Below, one piece after another: positions 20,854 through 30,797 of a stretch of DNA of 64,000 bases (position 1 is the first letter of the stretch; the number at the start of each line of letters is the position of its first letter). Both the position numbers and the translations under genes were made by a program. The notes under the pieces are model-generated. The model was not told the DNA's origin, did not search any database, and saw nothing but the letters and a program-made list of their open reading frames with translations. Origin of the DNA: Hyphomicrobiaceae bacterium (GTDB lineage Bacteria; Pseudomonadota; Alphaproteobacteria; Rhizobiales; Hyphomicrobiaceae). The DNA is taken from contig JBFWVC010000009.1 in assembly GCA_050246945.1 (NCBI GenBank), forward strand, positions 30,644 to 94,643, read 5' to 3'.

Positions 20854-22971
20854 TCATTCCGCCGCTTTCAGGCCGCCCTGGGCCCTGGCCACCATGTTGA
20901 GCGCCGATAGCTCCGCCATGACAGCCGACGCACGCGCGATGGGATTGGTCAGATAGAAATCCTCCACCACCGGGGCGAATGCGGTGGCGTCCGCCATGCC
21001 GCCCGCTTGCGCGAGCTTGGCAAGAGCGGCGGTCCCTCCCGCGCCACGGTGCGGCTCATCCAGGCGCGCCAGCATCGGCGTCGACTTGTACATCTGAGCG
21101 CGCAATTCCGCGAGCGTATCGAAGCCAAGCGTGTGTCCGACCCGAGCCGACAACGCCCGGATGATCGTCCAGTCCTCTTTCGCCGAGCCCGGCGGGAACG
21201 CCGCACGGCTCGTCGTCTGGACGCGGCCTTCGGTGTTGACGTACGTCGCGCTCTTTTCGGTGTAGGCGGCGCCAGGCAGGATGACGTCCGCACGGTGCGC
21301 GCCCGCGTCGCCATGAGTGCCCTGGTAGATGACGAAGACCTCGCCGAGTGCCGACATGTCGATCTCGTCGGCACCGAGAAGCCATAATACGTCGAGCGCA
21401 CCGCCGCCCGCGGCTGCCATCATGTCTGCCGTCGCCAGACCGCCGTCGCCCGGGATGAAGCCCAGGTCCAGACCGCCGGCGCGCCCGGCAGCGCAATGCA
21501 GCACGTTGAAGACCGACCAGCCCTCGTCCGCTCCCTTGGCCCCGTTCTCCGCGACCCGAGCCGCAAGCGATAGCATCACCGCGCCGTCGGGACGCGCATA
21601 GGCGCCGCTGCCGACGATCACCATGGGCCGCTTTGCATTCGCCAGCACCTGTGCGAAGTCGTGCTTGCCCTCGGCAAGGTCGGCGAGCGTCTGCGCTCCG
21701 GTGCCGATGTGCACGTATTCATAGGTGAGTGGCGCCGCCGCGCCGATCAGCCCCACGGCAACGCCGCCCTGCCGCCAACGCCTGCGGATACGCGAATTGA
21801 GGACTGGCGCCTCGAGGCGCGGATTGGAACCGACGATCAGGATCGCATCCGCGTCGTCGATGTCCGCGATCGTCGTATTGAAGAGGTAGGACGCACGGCC
21901 CGCGGCCGGATGGAGCGCCTCATGCGGCGCCCGGCAGTCCAAGTTGTTCACACCCAGCGAGCCCAGAAGCTCTTTCAGCGCGAACATCTCTTCCGACCCG
22001 GCAAGGTCGCCCGCGATCGCACCAATGCGCCCGGACGCTGCCGCCTTGAGCTTTTCCGCAACGAGCCCAAGCGCTTCGTCCCACGACGCTGCCACCAGAC
22101 GCCCGTCCTTGCGGAGATATGGCTGGTCCAGACGCTGCGTCTTGAGCCCGTCGACGATGTGGCGCGTCTTGTCGGAGATCCACTCCTCGTTCACCGCGTC
22201 GTTGTTGCGGGGCAGAATGCGCATGACTTCTGCGCCGCGTGTATCGACACGGATGTTGCATCCCACCGCGTCCATCACATCAATCGACTCGGTTTTGCGC
22301 AGCTCCCAGGGCCGTGCATTGTGCGCCCATGGCCGATGCGTCAGCGCGCCGACCGGGCAAAGGTCCACCGCGTTGGCGCTCATCTCCGAGAGTATGCCTT
22401 TTTCCAGATAGGTTGTGATCTCGGCATCCTCGCCGCGGCTGATGAGCCCCAACTCCTCAACGCCCGCGACCTCGGTCATGTAGCGCACGCAACGCGTGCA
22501 ATGGATGCAGCGCGTCATCATCGTCTTGATGAGCGGGCCGATGTATTTCTCCTCCACGGCCCGCTTGTTCTCGTGATAGCGCGAGCCGCCGATGCCGAAG
22601 GCCATTGCCTGGTCCTGCAGGTCGCACTCCCCGCCTTGATCGCAGATCGGGCAGTCGAGCGGATGGTTGATGAGCAGGAACTCCATCACGCCTTCTCGCG
22701 CCTTTTTCACCGTGGCGCTCTTGGTATGCACGACGTTGGGCGAGCCGTCCGGATTGGGCCTTAGCTCGTTGACCGTCTGCGCGCAGGACGCGACCGGCTT
22801 GGGCGCCCCTTCCACCTCGACCAGGCACATCCGGCAGTTGCCCGCGATCGACAGCCGTTCGTGATAGCAGAAGCGCGGAATCTCTGCGCCGGCCTGCTCG
22901 CACGCCTGCAAGAGCGTGGTGCCGTCCGCAACCTCGACCTCAACGCCGTCGATAATCAGTTTCTTGGGCAT
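20854..22971 (-). CDS. nuoG: NADH-quinone oxidoreductase subunit G
   Basis: 705 aa with the N-terminal 2Fe-2S/4Fe-4S cysteine patterns [19 protein letters not shown] and [18 protein letters not shown]. Confidence 0.95.
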   Translation of the reverse strand: MPKKLIIDGVEVEVADGTTLLQACEQAGAEIPRFCYHERLSIAGNCRMCLVEVEGAPKPVASCAQTVNELRPNPDGSPNVVHTKSATVKKAREGVMEFLLINHPLDCPICDQGGECDLQDQAMAFGIGGSRYHENKRAVEEKYIGPLIKTMMTRCIHCTRCVRYMTEVAGVEELGLISRGEDAEITTYLEKGILSEMSANAVDLCPVGALTHRPWAHNARPWELRKTESIDVMDAVGCNIRVDTRGAEVMRILPRNNDAVNEEWISDKTRHIVDGLKTQRLDQPYLRKDGRLVAASWDEALGLVAEKLKAAASGRIGAIAGDLAGSEEMFALKELLGSLGVNNLDCRAPHEALHPAAGRASYLFNTTIADIDDADAILIVGSNPRLEAPVLNSRIRRRWRQGGVAVGLIGAAAPLTYEYVHIGTGAQTLADLAEGKHDFAQVLANAKRPMVIVGSGAYARPDGAVMLSLAARVAENGAKGADEGWSVFNVLHCAAGRAGGLDLGFIPGDGGLATADMMAAAGGGALDVLWLLGADEIDMSALGEVFVIYQGTHGDAGAHRADVILPGAAYTEKSATYVNTEGRVQTTSRAAFPPGSAKEDWTIIRALSARVGHTLGFDTLAELRAQMYKSTPMLARLDEPHRGAGGTAALAKLAQAGGMADATAFAPVVEDFYLTNPIARASAVMAELSALNMVARAQGGLKAAE

Positions 22972-22993
22972 GAGCTTGCCTCTAGCCTCTCGC

Positions 22994-24277
22994 CTACTCC
23001 GCCGCCTCTTGGTGCGCCTTCCGATGGGCCTCGATCCGCGCTTCCATCACCGGACGGAAGTTGCGTATCAGCCCCTGCACCGGCCAGGCCGCTGCATCGC
23101 CCAGTGCGCAGATGGTGTGGCCTTCCACCTGCTTGGACACCTCGAAGAGCAGATCGATCTCGCTCTTCTTCGCCTCACCCTTCACCATGCGTTCCATGAC
23201 GCGCCACATCCAGCCGCACCCCTCGCGGCACGGTGTGCATTGGCCGCAGCTCTCGTGTTTGTAAAAATAGGAGATGCGCGAGATGGCCTTGATGATGTCT
23301 GTCGACTTGTCCATCACGATCACCGCCGCGGTGCCCAGACCCGACTTCGCCTTGGAGAGCGCATCGAAATCCATCGTGATGTCGTCGCACACGTCGGCCT
23401 TGATGCACGGCACCGACGAGCCACCAGGAATCACGGCGAGCAGATTGTTCCAGCCACCGCGAACGCCGCCCGCATGTTTTTCCAGAAGCTCCTTGAGCGG
23501 GATCCCCATCTCCTCTTCCACAACGCATGGCTTGTTCACGTGACCGGAGATCTGAAACAGCTTCGTGCCAGTGTTGTTGGGCTTGCCGAGGTTCGAGAAC
23601 CAAGCTGAGCCACGCCGCAGGATATCGGGCACAACAGCAATCGATTCGACGTTGTTGACGGTTGTCGGTGCGCCATAGAGCCCGCAGCCCGCCGGAAACG
23701 GCGGCTTCAGCCGGGGCTGGCCCTTCTTGCCCTCGATACTCTCGATGAGTGCGGTTTCCTCGCCGCAGATGTAGGCGCCGCCGCCGTGGTGCACGACGAT
23801 ATCGAAATCCCATCCGTGCTTGTTGCCCTTGCCAATCAGCTTGGCGGCGTATGCCTCGTCCACGGAACGCTGAAAGCGTTCGCGCTCGCGGATGTACTCA
23901 CCACGGAAGTAGATGAAGGCGGTATGCGCACGCATCGCGAAGGAGGCAAGCAGCATGCCCTCGATCAGGAGTTGCGGATCGTTGCGCAGGATCTCGCGAT
24001 CCTTGCAAGAGCCCGGCTCGGATTCGTCGGCGTTGACGACGAGGTAGCTTGGACGTGGATCGTTCTTCGGCATGAACGACCACTTGAGACCCGTCGGGAA
24101 GCCGGCGCCGCCGCGGCCGCGCAGACCCGATGCCTTCACCTCACTGATGATCCAGTCGTGCCCCTGGTCGATGAAGAACTTGGTGCCGTCCCAGGCGCCA
24201 CGCTTGATCGCGGCCTGCAGCCCACTGTCGTGAAAGCCGTAGATGTTGCGGAAGATGCGATCCTTGTCAGCCAGCAT
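22994..24277 (-). CDS. nuoF: NADH-quinone oxidoreductase subunit F
   Basis: 427 aa with [16 protein letters not shown] (FMN site) and [12 protein letters not shown] (N3 cluster). Confidence 0.95.
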   Translation of the reverse strand: MLADKDRIFRNIYGFHDSGLQAAIKRGAWDGTKFFIDQGHDWIISEVKASGLRGRGGAGFPTGLKWSFMPKNDPRPSYLVVNADESEPGSCKDREILRNDPQLLIEGMLLASFAMRAHTAFIYFRGEYIRERERFQRSVDEAYAAKLIGKGNKHGWDFDIVVHHGGGAYICGEETALIESIEGKKGQPRLKPPFPAGCGLYGAPTTVNNVESIAVVPDILRRGSAWFSNLGKPNNTGTKLFQISGHVNKPCVVEEEMGIPLKELLEKHAGGVRGGWNNLLAVIPGGSSVPCIKADVCDDITMDFDALSKAKSGLGTAAVIVMDKSTDIIKAISRISYFYKHESCGQCTPCREGCGWMWRVMERMVKGEAKKSEIDLLFEVSKQVEGHTICALGDAAAWPVQGLIRNFRPVMEARIEAHRKAHQEAAE

Positions 24278-24286
24278 GGCTCTGCC

Positions 24287-24442
24287 TCAGCTCCCAGAAT
24301 TTCTGCGCATCAGATAGCTCGTAGCAATCGCCAGGACGGCACCGAACACGAGCCAAACGGGATCATCTCGCGTCAGCGCCATGCCCGTGCCGCCAGCGAC
24401 AATTGCAAGCGGCAGCACGATGACGCCGACGAGGTAGCTCAT
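24287..24442 (-). CDS. Candidate 51-aa two-TM ORF between nuoE and nuoF
   Basis: My own translation: MSYLVGVIVLPLAIVAGGTGMALTRDDPVWLVFGAVLAIATSYLMRRNSGS*. A GGAG lies about 10 nt upstream, and the ORF ends 9 nt before the nuoF ATG. It is below the ORF-track cutoff. Confidence 0.4.
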   Translation of the reverse strand: MSYLVGVIVLPLAIVAGGTGMALTRDDPVWLVFGAVLAIATSYLMRRNSGS

Positions 24443-24469
24443 GTTCGCCCGCTCCACCATGCAAGGCCT

Positions 24470-25468
24470 CTACTCCTTGGGCCGCTCGCCGGCGGCATTG
24501 TCCGGCCGCCAGCCTTGCGCGAGCTTCTTGCACTGCTCGATCCACTTGTCGCGCTCAACGCGGCCTTTGAAGCCTTGCATGGACGACTCGAACCATGCGA
24601 CTTCCTCAGGCGTCCACTTGGCGATCTGATCGAAATGCCAGATGCCCAGTGTGTTGAGCTGCTCCTTGAGTTTGTCGGCCACGCCCCATATCAGCGAGAG
24701 GTCGTCGCCCATGCCGTCCCGCGGGGCGTTGAGCAGCTCTGGAACCTTGCCCGGGCTAGTCGCAGTAGCTGCGTCCGCACCCGCACCTCCCGTTGCGCCG
24801 GCTGAATGCGTCGCCGTATCGGCGAACCGCTTTTTCCACGCCCCGATCGTCGAACCGTCGAAGAGCGAAGGATCCGAGAGCGTCGTCGGACCGCCCTCCG
24901 GACACGATGCTGTGCGACCGATCTGCGAGCCGGGATTGGGTGGATTGCCCTTGGCGAATCCTTCCAGCAGTTTCTCGAACAATTCAGGAGTGAGATCCTC
25001 GTAGGTGTCCTTCCAGATCTGCACCATCGGCGCGTTCGCACACGATCCCAGGCACTCGACCTCTTCCCACGAGAAGTCGCCGTCCTTGGAGAGGTGGTGC
25101 GGCTCGTGGTGGATCTTCGACTTGCAGACATTGATAAGGTCTTCCGCGCCGCGCAGCATGCATGGCGTCGTGCCGCATACTTGTACGTGCGCCTTCTTCC
25201 CTACGGGCGAAAGCTGGAACATCGTGTAGAAGGTCGCGACCTCGAGCACGCGAATGTACGCCATGCCCAACATGTCGGCGATGTAGCGAATCGCAGGCTC
25301 GGGCAACCAGCCGTCATTCTGCTCCTGCGCGCGCCACAATACGGGCAGCACCGCGGATGCCTCCTTGCCCAGCGGATATTTCGCGATCGTTTCCTTCGCC
25401 CACGTAAGATTTTCAGGGCTGAAGGCAAAGCTCGCAGGTTGTTCCGGATTCAGGCGTCGAACGGCCAT
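24470..25468 (-). CDS. nuoE: NADH-quinone oxidoreductase subunit E with a ~115-aa C-terminal extension
   Basis: 332 aa. The core has [19 protein letters not shown] (2Fe-2S). The tail has an Ala/Gly linker plus [31 protein letters not shown] (helix-hairpin-helix-like). GAGGAG RBS. Confidence 0.93.
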   Translation of the reverse strand: MAVRRLNPEQPASFAFSPENLTWAKETIAKYPLGKEASAVLPVLWRAQEQNDGWLPEPAIRYIADMLGMAYIRVLEVATFYTMFQLSPVGKKAHVQVCGTTPCMLRGAEDLINVCKSKIHHEPHHLSKDGDFSWEEVECLGSCANAPMVQIWKDTYEDLTPELFEKLLEGFAKGNPPNPGSQIGRTASCPEGGPTTLSDPSLFDGSTIGAWKKRFADTATHSAGATGGAGADAATATSPGKVPELLNAPRDGMGDDLSLIWGVADKLKEQLNTLGIWHFDQIAKWTPEEVAWFESSMQGFKGRVERDKWIEQCKKLAQGWRPDNAAGERPKE

Positions 25469-25848
25469 CTATGGCTCCTCGGGCTCCTGGCGACAGGCGG
25501 CGGGGGAGAGGTTGAATTTGCGGCAGCGGGTAAAGGCACCCGGGCGCCAGATGGGCACCCCCGGTCGGCTCGCCACGTCCCCACACGAGCAGACCCCTGT
25601 TCCCTACGTCTTACAGACTTCTAAAGCAAGGCTCCCTCGCTTGCTTCTATAGGAGCAGATGGTCGAAATCACCTTCGCCATGCCCTTTGATTTCCGACAC
25701 GACGCTTGAGTATGGTCAAGGCGGGGCAGAGCACCCTTTGTGTCACCAAATTCCAGGCCTCCGACGAGACCTCGACGTGCCAGGCTTCACGACTTCAAGA
25801 GATGCGAATGCGTATCGCGGCGGCTTGATGAATTTTCGGAACTTGCCA

Positions 25849-26277
25849 TCAATGGTCCGGGTTGGCTGGAACACTCGACTGTGGGCGTTTCACGAGATCG
25901 GCCGGTCGCGCATGCGCCCAGCGCGGCTGCTCGTAGCCCAAGATCACGGGTAGCCAGCCGATCAGCAGCAGCGCCGCCGCAAGCGGTGCGAGGAATAGCG
26001 AAATCTGCGAACCGACACGCAGAAATCCGGTCCAGAAAATCGCCAGCAGAATTCCGCACAGCACAATGATCCAGCCGCCCTCGTAGGCGCCGCGTGCCGC
26101 CGCGAAAAAGAGCCCCATCGTGAGAGCGAACAGGCCCAGCAGTATCGGAATCGCCGGCAGATCGGCGTGCAGCGACCCCATCGGCCATTTGTTCTTGCGC
26201 GCAAACAAGCGATACGTGGTGAGGCTGAGCCCCCATCCGAAGGCGCCAATGGCAAGAAGGAACAGATTGTCGATCAT
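25849..26277 (-). CDS. Hypothetical 4-TM membrane protein
   Basis: The ORF is 25849..26319. I prefer ATG 26277 (MIDNLFLLAIGAFGWGLSL..). The overlapping alternative frame 25787..26473 looks non-coding. Confidence 0.5.
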   Translation of the reverse strand: MIDNLFLLAIGAFGWGLSLTTYRLFARKNKWPMGSLHADLPAIPILLGLFALTMGLFFAAARGAYEGGWIIVLCGILLAIFWTGFLRVGSQISLFLAPLAAALLLIGWLPVILGYEQPRWAHARPADLVKRPQSSVPANPDH

Positions 26278-26557
26278 GTTGGGGCACTCCGAAAAAACGC
26301 TCCCCTGGGCCGAGTTCACCCGTCACCGTCGGGAAACGGCGCGCTACGTCGCGGCCCAGGCATGAACAGCCGTTAACTATCGTTATTTGCCAAAGCTTTG
26401 TGGCCAACGCCAGACATCTTGGCTGAGCGAGGTTAAGGCCACGGCCGAGGCTAGGCACGCAAATCCGCGACACAGCTCTGCCCCGGCACCGGTCCTATGA
26501 GTTTTATGTTTGAATTTCATATTATTAGCAAATCGGATCGCATCCAGTGGCCGGCCA

Positions 26558-26956
26558 TTACCTCAGCCGCACCCGGATCGCCAGCGCCATCCCCGCACAG
26601 AAGACTCCGGAAAGTACGTGAAAGACCACCGCCGCGGCCTTCCCGCTTGAGTGCGCCGCAATCCCCGCATCCGCAAAGCACACCAGGGCCCCGAGCGCGA
26701 ACCAGACCGTCAGTGCTCGCCATTCGCGCATCGCACCCAGCACGATGACAAGCCCACCGAGCCACATGTCCCGCAGCCCCACCATTTCGTGCAACGGGTA
26801 ACCCGTGATCTCTTTGGCGAGACCGAAATTGTTGGCAGCCGTCCGTGGCACGAACATGAACCGTAAGCCGATCACCGCAAGCAGGAACCCCGCTGCCACT
26901 GATAGCCAGACGAGATGTCGGTGCTTGGTCTTCGAGGACGCAGGATCGCGGATCAT
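26558..26956 (-). CDS. Small integral membrane protein (possibly DUF4267-like)
   Basis: The ORF is 26558..27037 and begins with GTG. I prefer ATG 26956 (MIRDPASSKTKHRHLVWLSVAAGFLLAVIG..GLRDMWLGGLVIVLG..). Confidence 0.55.
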   Translation of the reverse strand: MIRDPASSKTKHRHLVWLSVAAGFLLAVIGLRFMFVPRTAANNFGLAKEITGYPLHEMVGLRDMWLGGLVIVLGAMREWRALTVWFALGALVCFADAGIAAHSSGKAAAVVFHVLSGVFCAGMALAIRVRLR

Positions 26957-27040
26957 GGATGAGAGGTGGCACACGAGTTCCGGGGGTATGGCGAACACGC
27001 CAGGCGCCCCCGCGGGGCACCCACGGAAGCTTGTCACGCC

Positions 27041-28012
27041 TCAGGCGAATTCCGCAACCACGCACGCATGATAAGACCCCGTCGGTCGATCGACCCGCGC
27101 GAACCCGACCGCCTCGTCCGACAGAGCCTCGTTGTGCACCTCTATCGACCCGAAACGGCCATACATCGCCCGGCTCACCAGGATATGATCGAGCATCTGG
27201 GGCCTGCCCTGGTGGATCACACTGAAGCGACGACCTTCCTCCACCGCCCGGTCGAGCACGATCATGGACTGCACGGCAAGTGCGCCGTTGCCGGTGTCCT
27301 GCTCGGCGCCCGAGACGATACGCACCGGCGACTCGTGGTCTTCCGCATTGAAGTCGCCGGCGACGACGATGAATGCCTGCGGATCAACGCTGAGAAGCTC
27401 GTCGATGGCGAGGCGCAACTCGAGCGCCTGCGCATTGCGCTTGATTGAAGAGAGGCAGAAGCCTTCCGCCCAGCCACCCACCGTGCGCCAGATGAACGGC
27501 GCGAGCTTCTGTCCCGGAATGCTCGAAGCGAGCGGCGCGCGCAGATGACAGTTGATGACCGTGAGTGGCGGCTGCTCGCCGATGTCGATCTCGGTCGCCA
27601 GCAACGGCCGGTCGAATACGACGGTCTCGTCCACCTCCGCCGAGAGCCCCGCCGTAACCGGTCGGTAGGTCAGCGGCCCGACCAGAACATTGCGCAGCGA
27701 CCGCGCCGACGTGATCGGCCATCGCGACAGCGTCACCAGGTTGTGGACGTCCGCGATACCGCTGCCCATGTTCATCTCGCTGACTGCACGGTGGTAGTGC
27801 GCGTAGGGCGTGCCTTCGAGCAGCCTGTCCAGTGCCAGCAGCGTCCGGCGGTGGTGGCCCGGATCGCTCTGACCGTTCACCTCTTGCAGACACAGCACGT
27901 CGGCACGCGCGCGCTGCAACTCGGGAGCGAGCATCCCGATTCGCTCTTCGATCGACCGGTTTGCCCGCGGCGGCAAGTCGAGGCTTTCCAGATTGAACGT
28001 CGCGATACGCAT
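27041..28012 (-). CDS. Endonuclease/exonuclease/phosphatase (EEP) family protein
   Basis: 323 aa: MRIATFNLESL.., DVLCLQEV.., VVAGDFNAE.., LDHILVS. This is the canonical order of EEP motifs. Confidence 0.8.
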   Translation of the reverse strand: MRIATFNLESLDLPPRANRSIEERIGMLAPELQRARADVLCLQEVNGQSDPGHHRRTLLALDRLLEGTPYAHYHRAVSEMNMGSGIADVHNLVTLSRWPITSARSLRNVLVGPLTYRPVTAGLSAEVDETVVFDRPLLATEIDIGEQPPLTVINCHLRAPLASSIPGQKLAPFIWRTVGGWAEGFCLSSIKRNAQALELRLAIDELLSVDPQAFIVVAGDFNAEDHESPVRIVSGAEQDTGNGALAVQSMIVLDRAVEEGRRFSVIHQGRPQMLDHILVSRAMYGRFGSIEVHNEALSDEAVGFARVDRPTGSYHACVVAEFA

Positions 28013-28122
28013 CCTTGGGCGAACTCCGCGATGGCCGACCGTTCTCGTGTTCTGGATCGGACTTTTGATATCCAGGCGAAGGTCGTCAAATGACCGCGAA
28101 CCCAGAACACCAACGAAATGAT

Positions 28123-28270
28123 GGCCAGAGCCATTCAGGCTCAGGTGGATTTAATTCTGCTTCTCAAGCGGCGCGCCCACCCGGCAGAAGGACGGCGCAG
28201 CGTGCAGTAGTTCTAAGGGCCAGCTTTCCGACAAACCGAATGGGAGCGCCGCTTGGCAATCAAGCGCCGG
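28123..28270. repeat. Structured intergenic repeat, copy A (homologous to 41919-42066)
   Basis: GGCCAGAGCCATTCA..CAGGTGGATTTAATTCTGCTTCTCAAGCGGCG..GGACGGCGC..TCCGACAAACCGAATGGGA aligns by eye with copy B at roughly 75-80% identity. It contains the internal inverted repeat CAAGCGGCGC / GCGCCGCTTG. Confidence 0.7.
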
Positions 28271-28301
28271 AGAGGGAACGCAAGCCTGAGCAGCCAATTG
28301 C

Positions 28302-29441
28302 CTACTGATAGGCTCTCAGATAGTGCCGCTCGAAAGCGCGCTTTGACCAGTGGAACATGCGGCTGGACGGCAATACCATCGAGCGCTTCGTATCACGATA
28401 GACGAGCATCCCCTTGTCGAGTGTGTCAACGATGCAGATGAGCTCGGGCTTGGGCGTCTTCAGCGGCTCCTTGCCGGCCAGGCCCGCCGCCAGGTTCTCC
28501 GCCGCCGCCTTCGCCTGCAGGTCCGCCATGTGCGCCTGCTTGGGGAGCCAATCCGGACCGGGGAACGAGCCCGCGTCGCCCGCCACATAGGTATGCGTAA
28601 AGCCTGCCACGCGACAGAACTGGTCCGCCTTGATGAAGCCGCCCTCGGACTTCGGCAGCCCCGTCTCGGCAATCCAGGCCGGTCCCGTCAGACCGGGCAT
28701 GAAAATGATGAGATCGGCGTTGATGTGCCCACCCTCGGTATCGACACCCTGCGCCGAGAAGCCCATCGGCTTGTGGCCCAGATGCGTATCGATGCGTCGC
28801 TTGGCCATCTCCGACAGGAGCCCGGTTACGGCCTTTTCGCCGAGCCGTTTGCCCGGTTGCGCCACCGCATTGAAGAAGGTCAGCTCGACATTGTCGCGCC
28901 GTCTCTCCTGGCGCAACCACGTGTCGATGCCGAACAGAAGCTCGAACATCGGACCGCCACGCATCGCAGACGGCTCGTTGGGATTGCCGCCGAAGCCGAG
29001 CGCGATGCGCCCCTTCTTCAGCGAGTCAAGTCGCGCCCGGATGGCTTCCGCGGAATCGATACCTTCGCAAAGAGTAAGAGCGTGCTCGATGCCGGGCAGC
29101 TTCTTGATGAAGCGCCCGCCCGTCGCGATCACCAGCGCATCGTTGGAGACCGGCCCGCCGCTCGTCTCCACCATGCGTCCGTCGGCGGAGATTCCGGTAA
29201 CGCTGGCCTGCTTGAATTGGATGTTGTGCCGCTTGAAGAACCGGTCGAGCGGTATGACGATGTCCTTGCGGTGACGCAATCCCGTCGGCACCCAGATAAG
29301 ACTCGGCAAATAGTGGAACTCGCTCTTTGGCGCAATGAGCGTGATCCCGGCATCCGGCAGCCGCTTGCGCAACTGCCGAACAGCAGTCAACGCCGCAAAC
29401 CCTGCGCCTAGGATGGAGATTTCAGGCTTGGTCATGGTCAT
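28302..29441 (-). CDS. FAD-dependent sulfide:quinone oxidoreductase-like flavoprotein
   Basis: 379 aa with the dinucleotide fold ILGAGFAALTAV, an SQR-like FHYLPSLIWVPTG segment, cysteines in LTLCEGIDSAE and ELICIVDT, and an amphipathic C-terminal tail ..HWSKRAFERHYLRAYQ. Confidence 0.75.
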   Translation of the reverse strand: MTMTKPEISILGAGFAALTAVRQLRKRLPDAGITLIAPKSEFHYLPSLIWVPTGLRHRKDIVIPLDRFFKRHNIQFKQASVTGISADGRMVETSGGPVSNDALVIATGGRFIKKLPGIEHALTLCEGIDSAEAIRARLDSLKKGRIALGFGGNPNEPSAMRGGPMFELLFGIDTWLRQERRRDNVELTFFNAVAQPGKRLGEKAVTGLLSEMAKRRIDTHLGHKPMGFSAQGVDTEGGHINADLIIFMPGLTGPAWIAETGLPKSEGGFIKADQFCRVAGFTHTYVAGDAGSFPGPDWLPKQAHMADLQAKAAAENLAAGLAGKEPLKTPKPELICIVDTLDKGMLVYRDTKRSMVLPSSRMFHWSKRAFERHYLRAYQ

Positions 29442-29576
29442 TGCCCCTGTGGCGCACGGAAATTGAGCCTACAGGCGGCAAATCCACATTGCTCCTGGCT
29501 CACAAACTCAAGTCTACAAGGTCGCCACAACGGAGAAAAGTGACCGGCATCACCCACGTGCGCATCGCCGGCCAGC

Positions 29577-30797
29577 TCATACCTTGGCCGGGATTCCCAG
29601 TGCCACGATCACGATCGCCAACAGCGTCGCGCCGGCAAAAACCATTGCAAGCTTTACGTTGCGATGCGGCCCGGGCGTCATGGCCATCAACCCGGCCAAT
29701 GCACACTGCAGTGCATAGTAGATGACGAAAGCCCTGGTGGCATAGACGATGATCTCGAAGATGTTGGCCGACCATGTCACGATCAGCGCAGCCACCGCCG
29801 TCATGACATAACCCGCGCCCATCGAGATACGCTGTGACGTCGCCACGCTGAGCATGCCGCTCGCCCCGTTCATGTCAGCCACCGCCGCCGAAAGCTGTGA
29901 GGCGACCGCTGCCACGATTATCAATGGCACCACCAGAGGACCTAGCGACGACAAGAGGTCGATGATCGCAGTCTCGCCGCCCTTCGCAGGCAACCGGCCG
30001 GTGAAGAACGGCGTGAGCAGCAGGATGAATGCCACATAGATCGCCGTCGACAGGATTTGCGCATACCGCATCGTACGCACGCGCGTCTGCCGATCATAGC
30101 TCGAACCCAGATAGCGCGACGTCTCGAAGCCCTGCACCAGGATCACGAGCCCCATCAGCACGCGCAACTCTTCTAAACCGGTTTCGTGATTGAGTGGCGG
30201 CAGCATGCGCTTTCCGCTCGTAAACATGTAGCCGATCGCGAGAGCCATGGCCGCCAGAAGGCCCGCAATCAGGCTCAGCTTGATGCCGACCGCCAGTTCC
30301 TCGACGGTCTCCAGTCCGCGCAAACCATGCCACAGGCCATAACCACCGATACCGACGACCGTTGCCGATGCCACGATCCGCGTGGCGTCCTCGTTGACGA
30401 CGCCGATGCCGCGCAGCCCAAACGAGGCAAACAGGTTCAGATAGTAGGCAACGGAAATGAAGTAGCAGAACGCCAGAACGAAATGCGAAGCCTGCTCCAG
30501 AATGACGACCGACGTCGGCGGCTCATGTCCCATCGCCGGCTCCACGTAGAGAATGTTTCGGCGAATAGCGAAACCGAAAAGATATGCGACCGCACACAGC
30601 GCGAGCATCGCCACCCAGGCAAAATTCCCAGCGACATGTGCCAGGATGGGACCGACAACGAGGAATCCGGATCCGATTATCGAGGCCAACGGCGTTATCG
30701 TCGCGCGCCAATCCGGCATCGCGATCATGCTTGGACGAAGCACAACAAAGGCTACCGCCATTGCAGCCGCGATCATCGCGAGGTCATAGACCGGCAT
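29577..30797 (-). CDS. Uncharacterised polytopic membrane protein (~11 TM, APC-superfamily-like permease by inference)
   Basis: 406 aa and highly hydrophobic, with a GSGFLVVGPIL motif in an early TM. No family is confidently recognised. Confidence 0.6.
   Translation of the reverse strand: MPVYDLAMIAAAMAVAFVVLRPSMIAMPDWRATITPLASIIGSGFLVVGPILAHVAGNFAWVAMLALCAVAYLFGFAIRRNILYVEPAMGHEPPTSVVILEQASHFVLAFCYFISVAYYLNLFASFGLRGIGVVNEDATRIVASATVVGIGGYGLWHGLRGLETVEELAVGIKLSLIAGLLAAMALAIGYMFTSGKRMLPPLNHETGLEELRVLMGLVILVQGFETSRYLGSSYDRQTRVRTMRYAQILSTAIYVAFILLLTPFFTGRLPAKGGETAIIDLLSSLGPLVVPLIIVAAVASQLSAAVADMNGASGMLSVATSQRISMGAGYVMTAVAALIVTWSANIFEIIVYATRAFVIYYALQCALAGLMAMTPGPHRNVKLAMVFAGATLLAIVIVALGIPAKV

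Noticed and set aside
19665-20900. 411-aa plus-strand ORF
   Set aside because: It is antisense to nuoH. It is a shadow ORF.
21661-22764. 367-aa plus-strand ORF
   Set aside because: It is antisense to nuoG. It is a shadow ORF.
25787-26473. 228-aa minus-strand ORF overlapping the 142-aa membrane-protein frame
   Set aside because: It is an alternative frame with Arg/Cys/Gly-rich, non-protein-like composition. The hydrophobic four-TM frame (25849-26277) is more plausible.
28350-29411. 353-aa plus-strand ORF
   Set aside because: It is antisense to the SQR-like gene, which has a clear FAD-fold motif. It is a shadow ORF.
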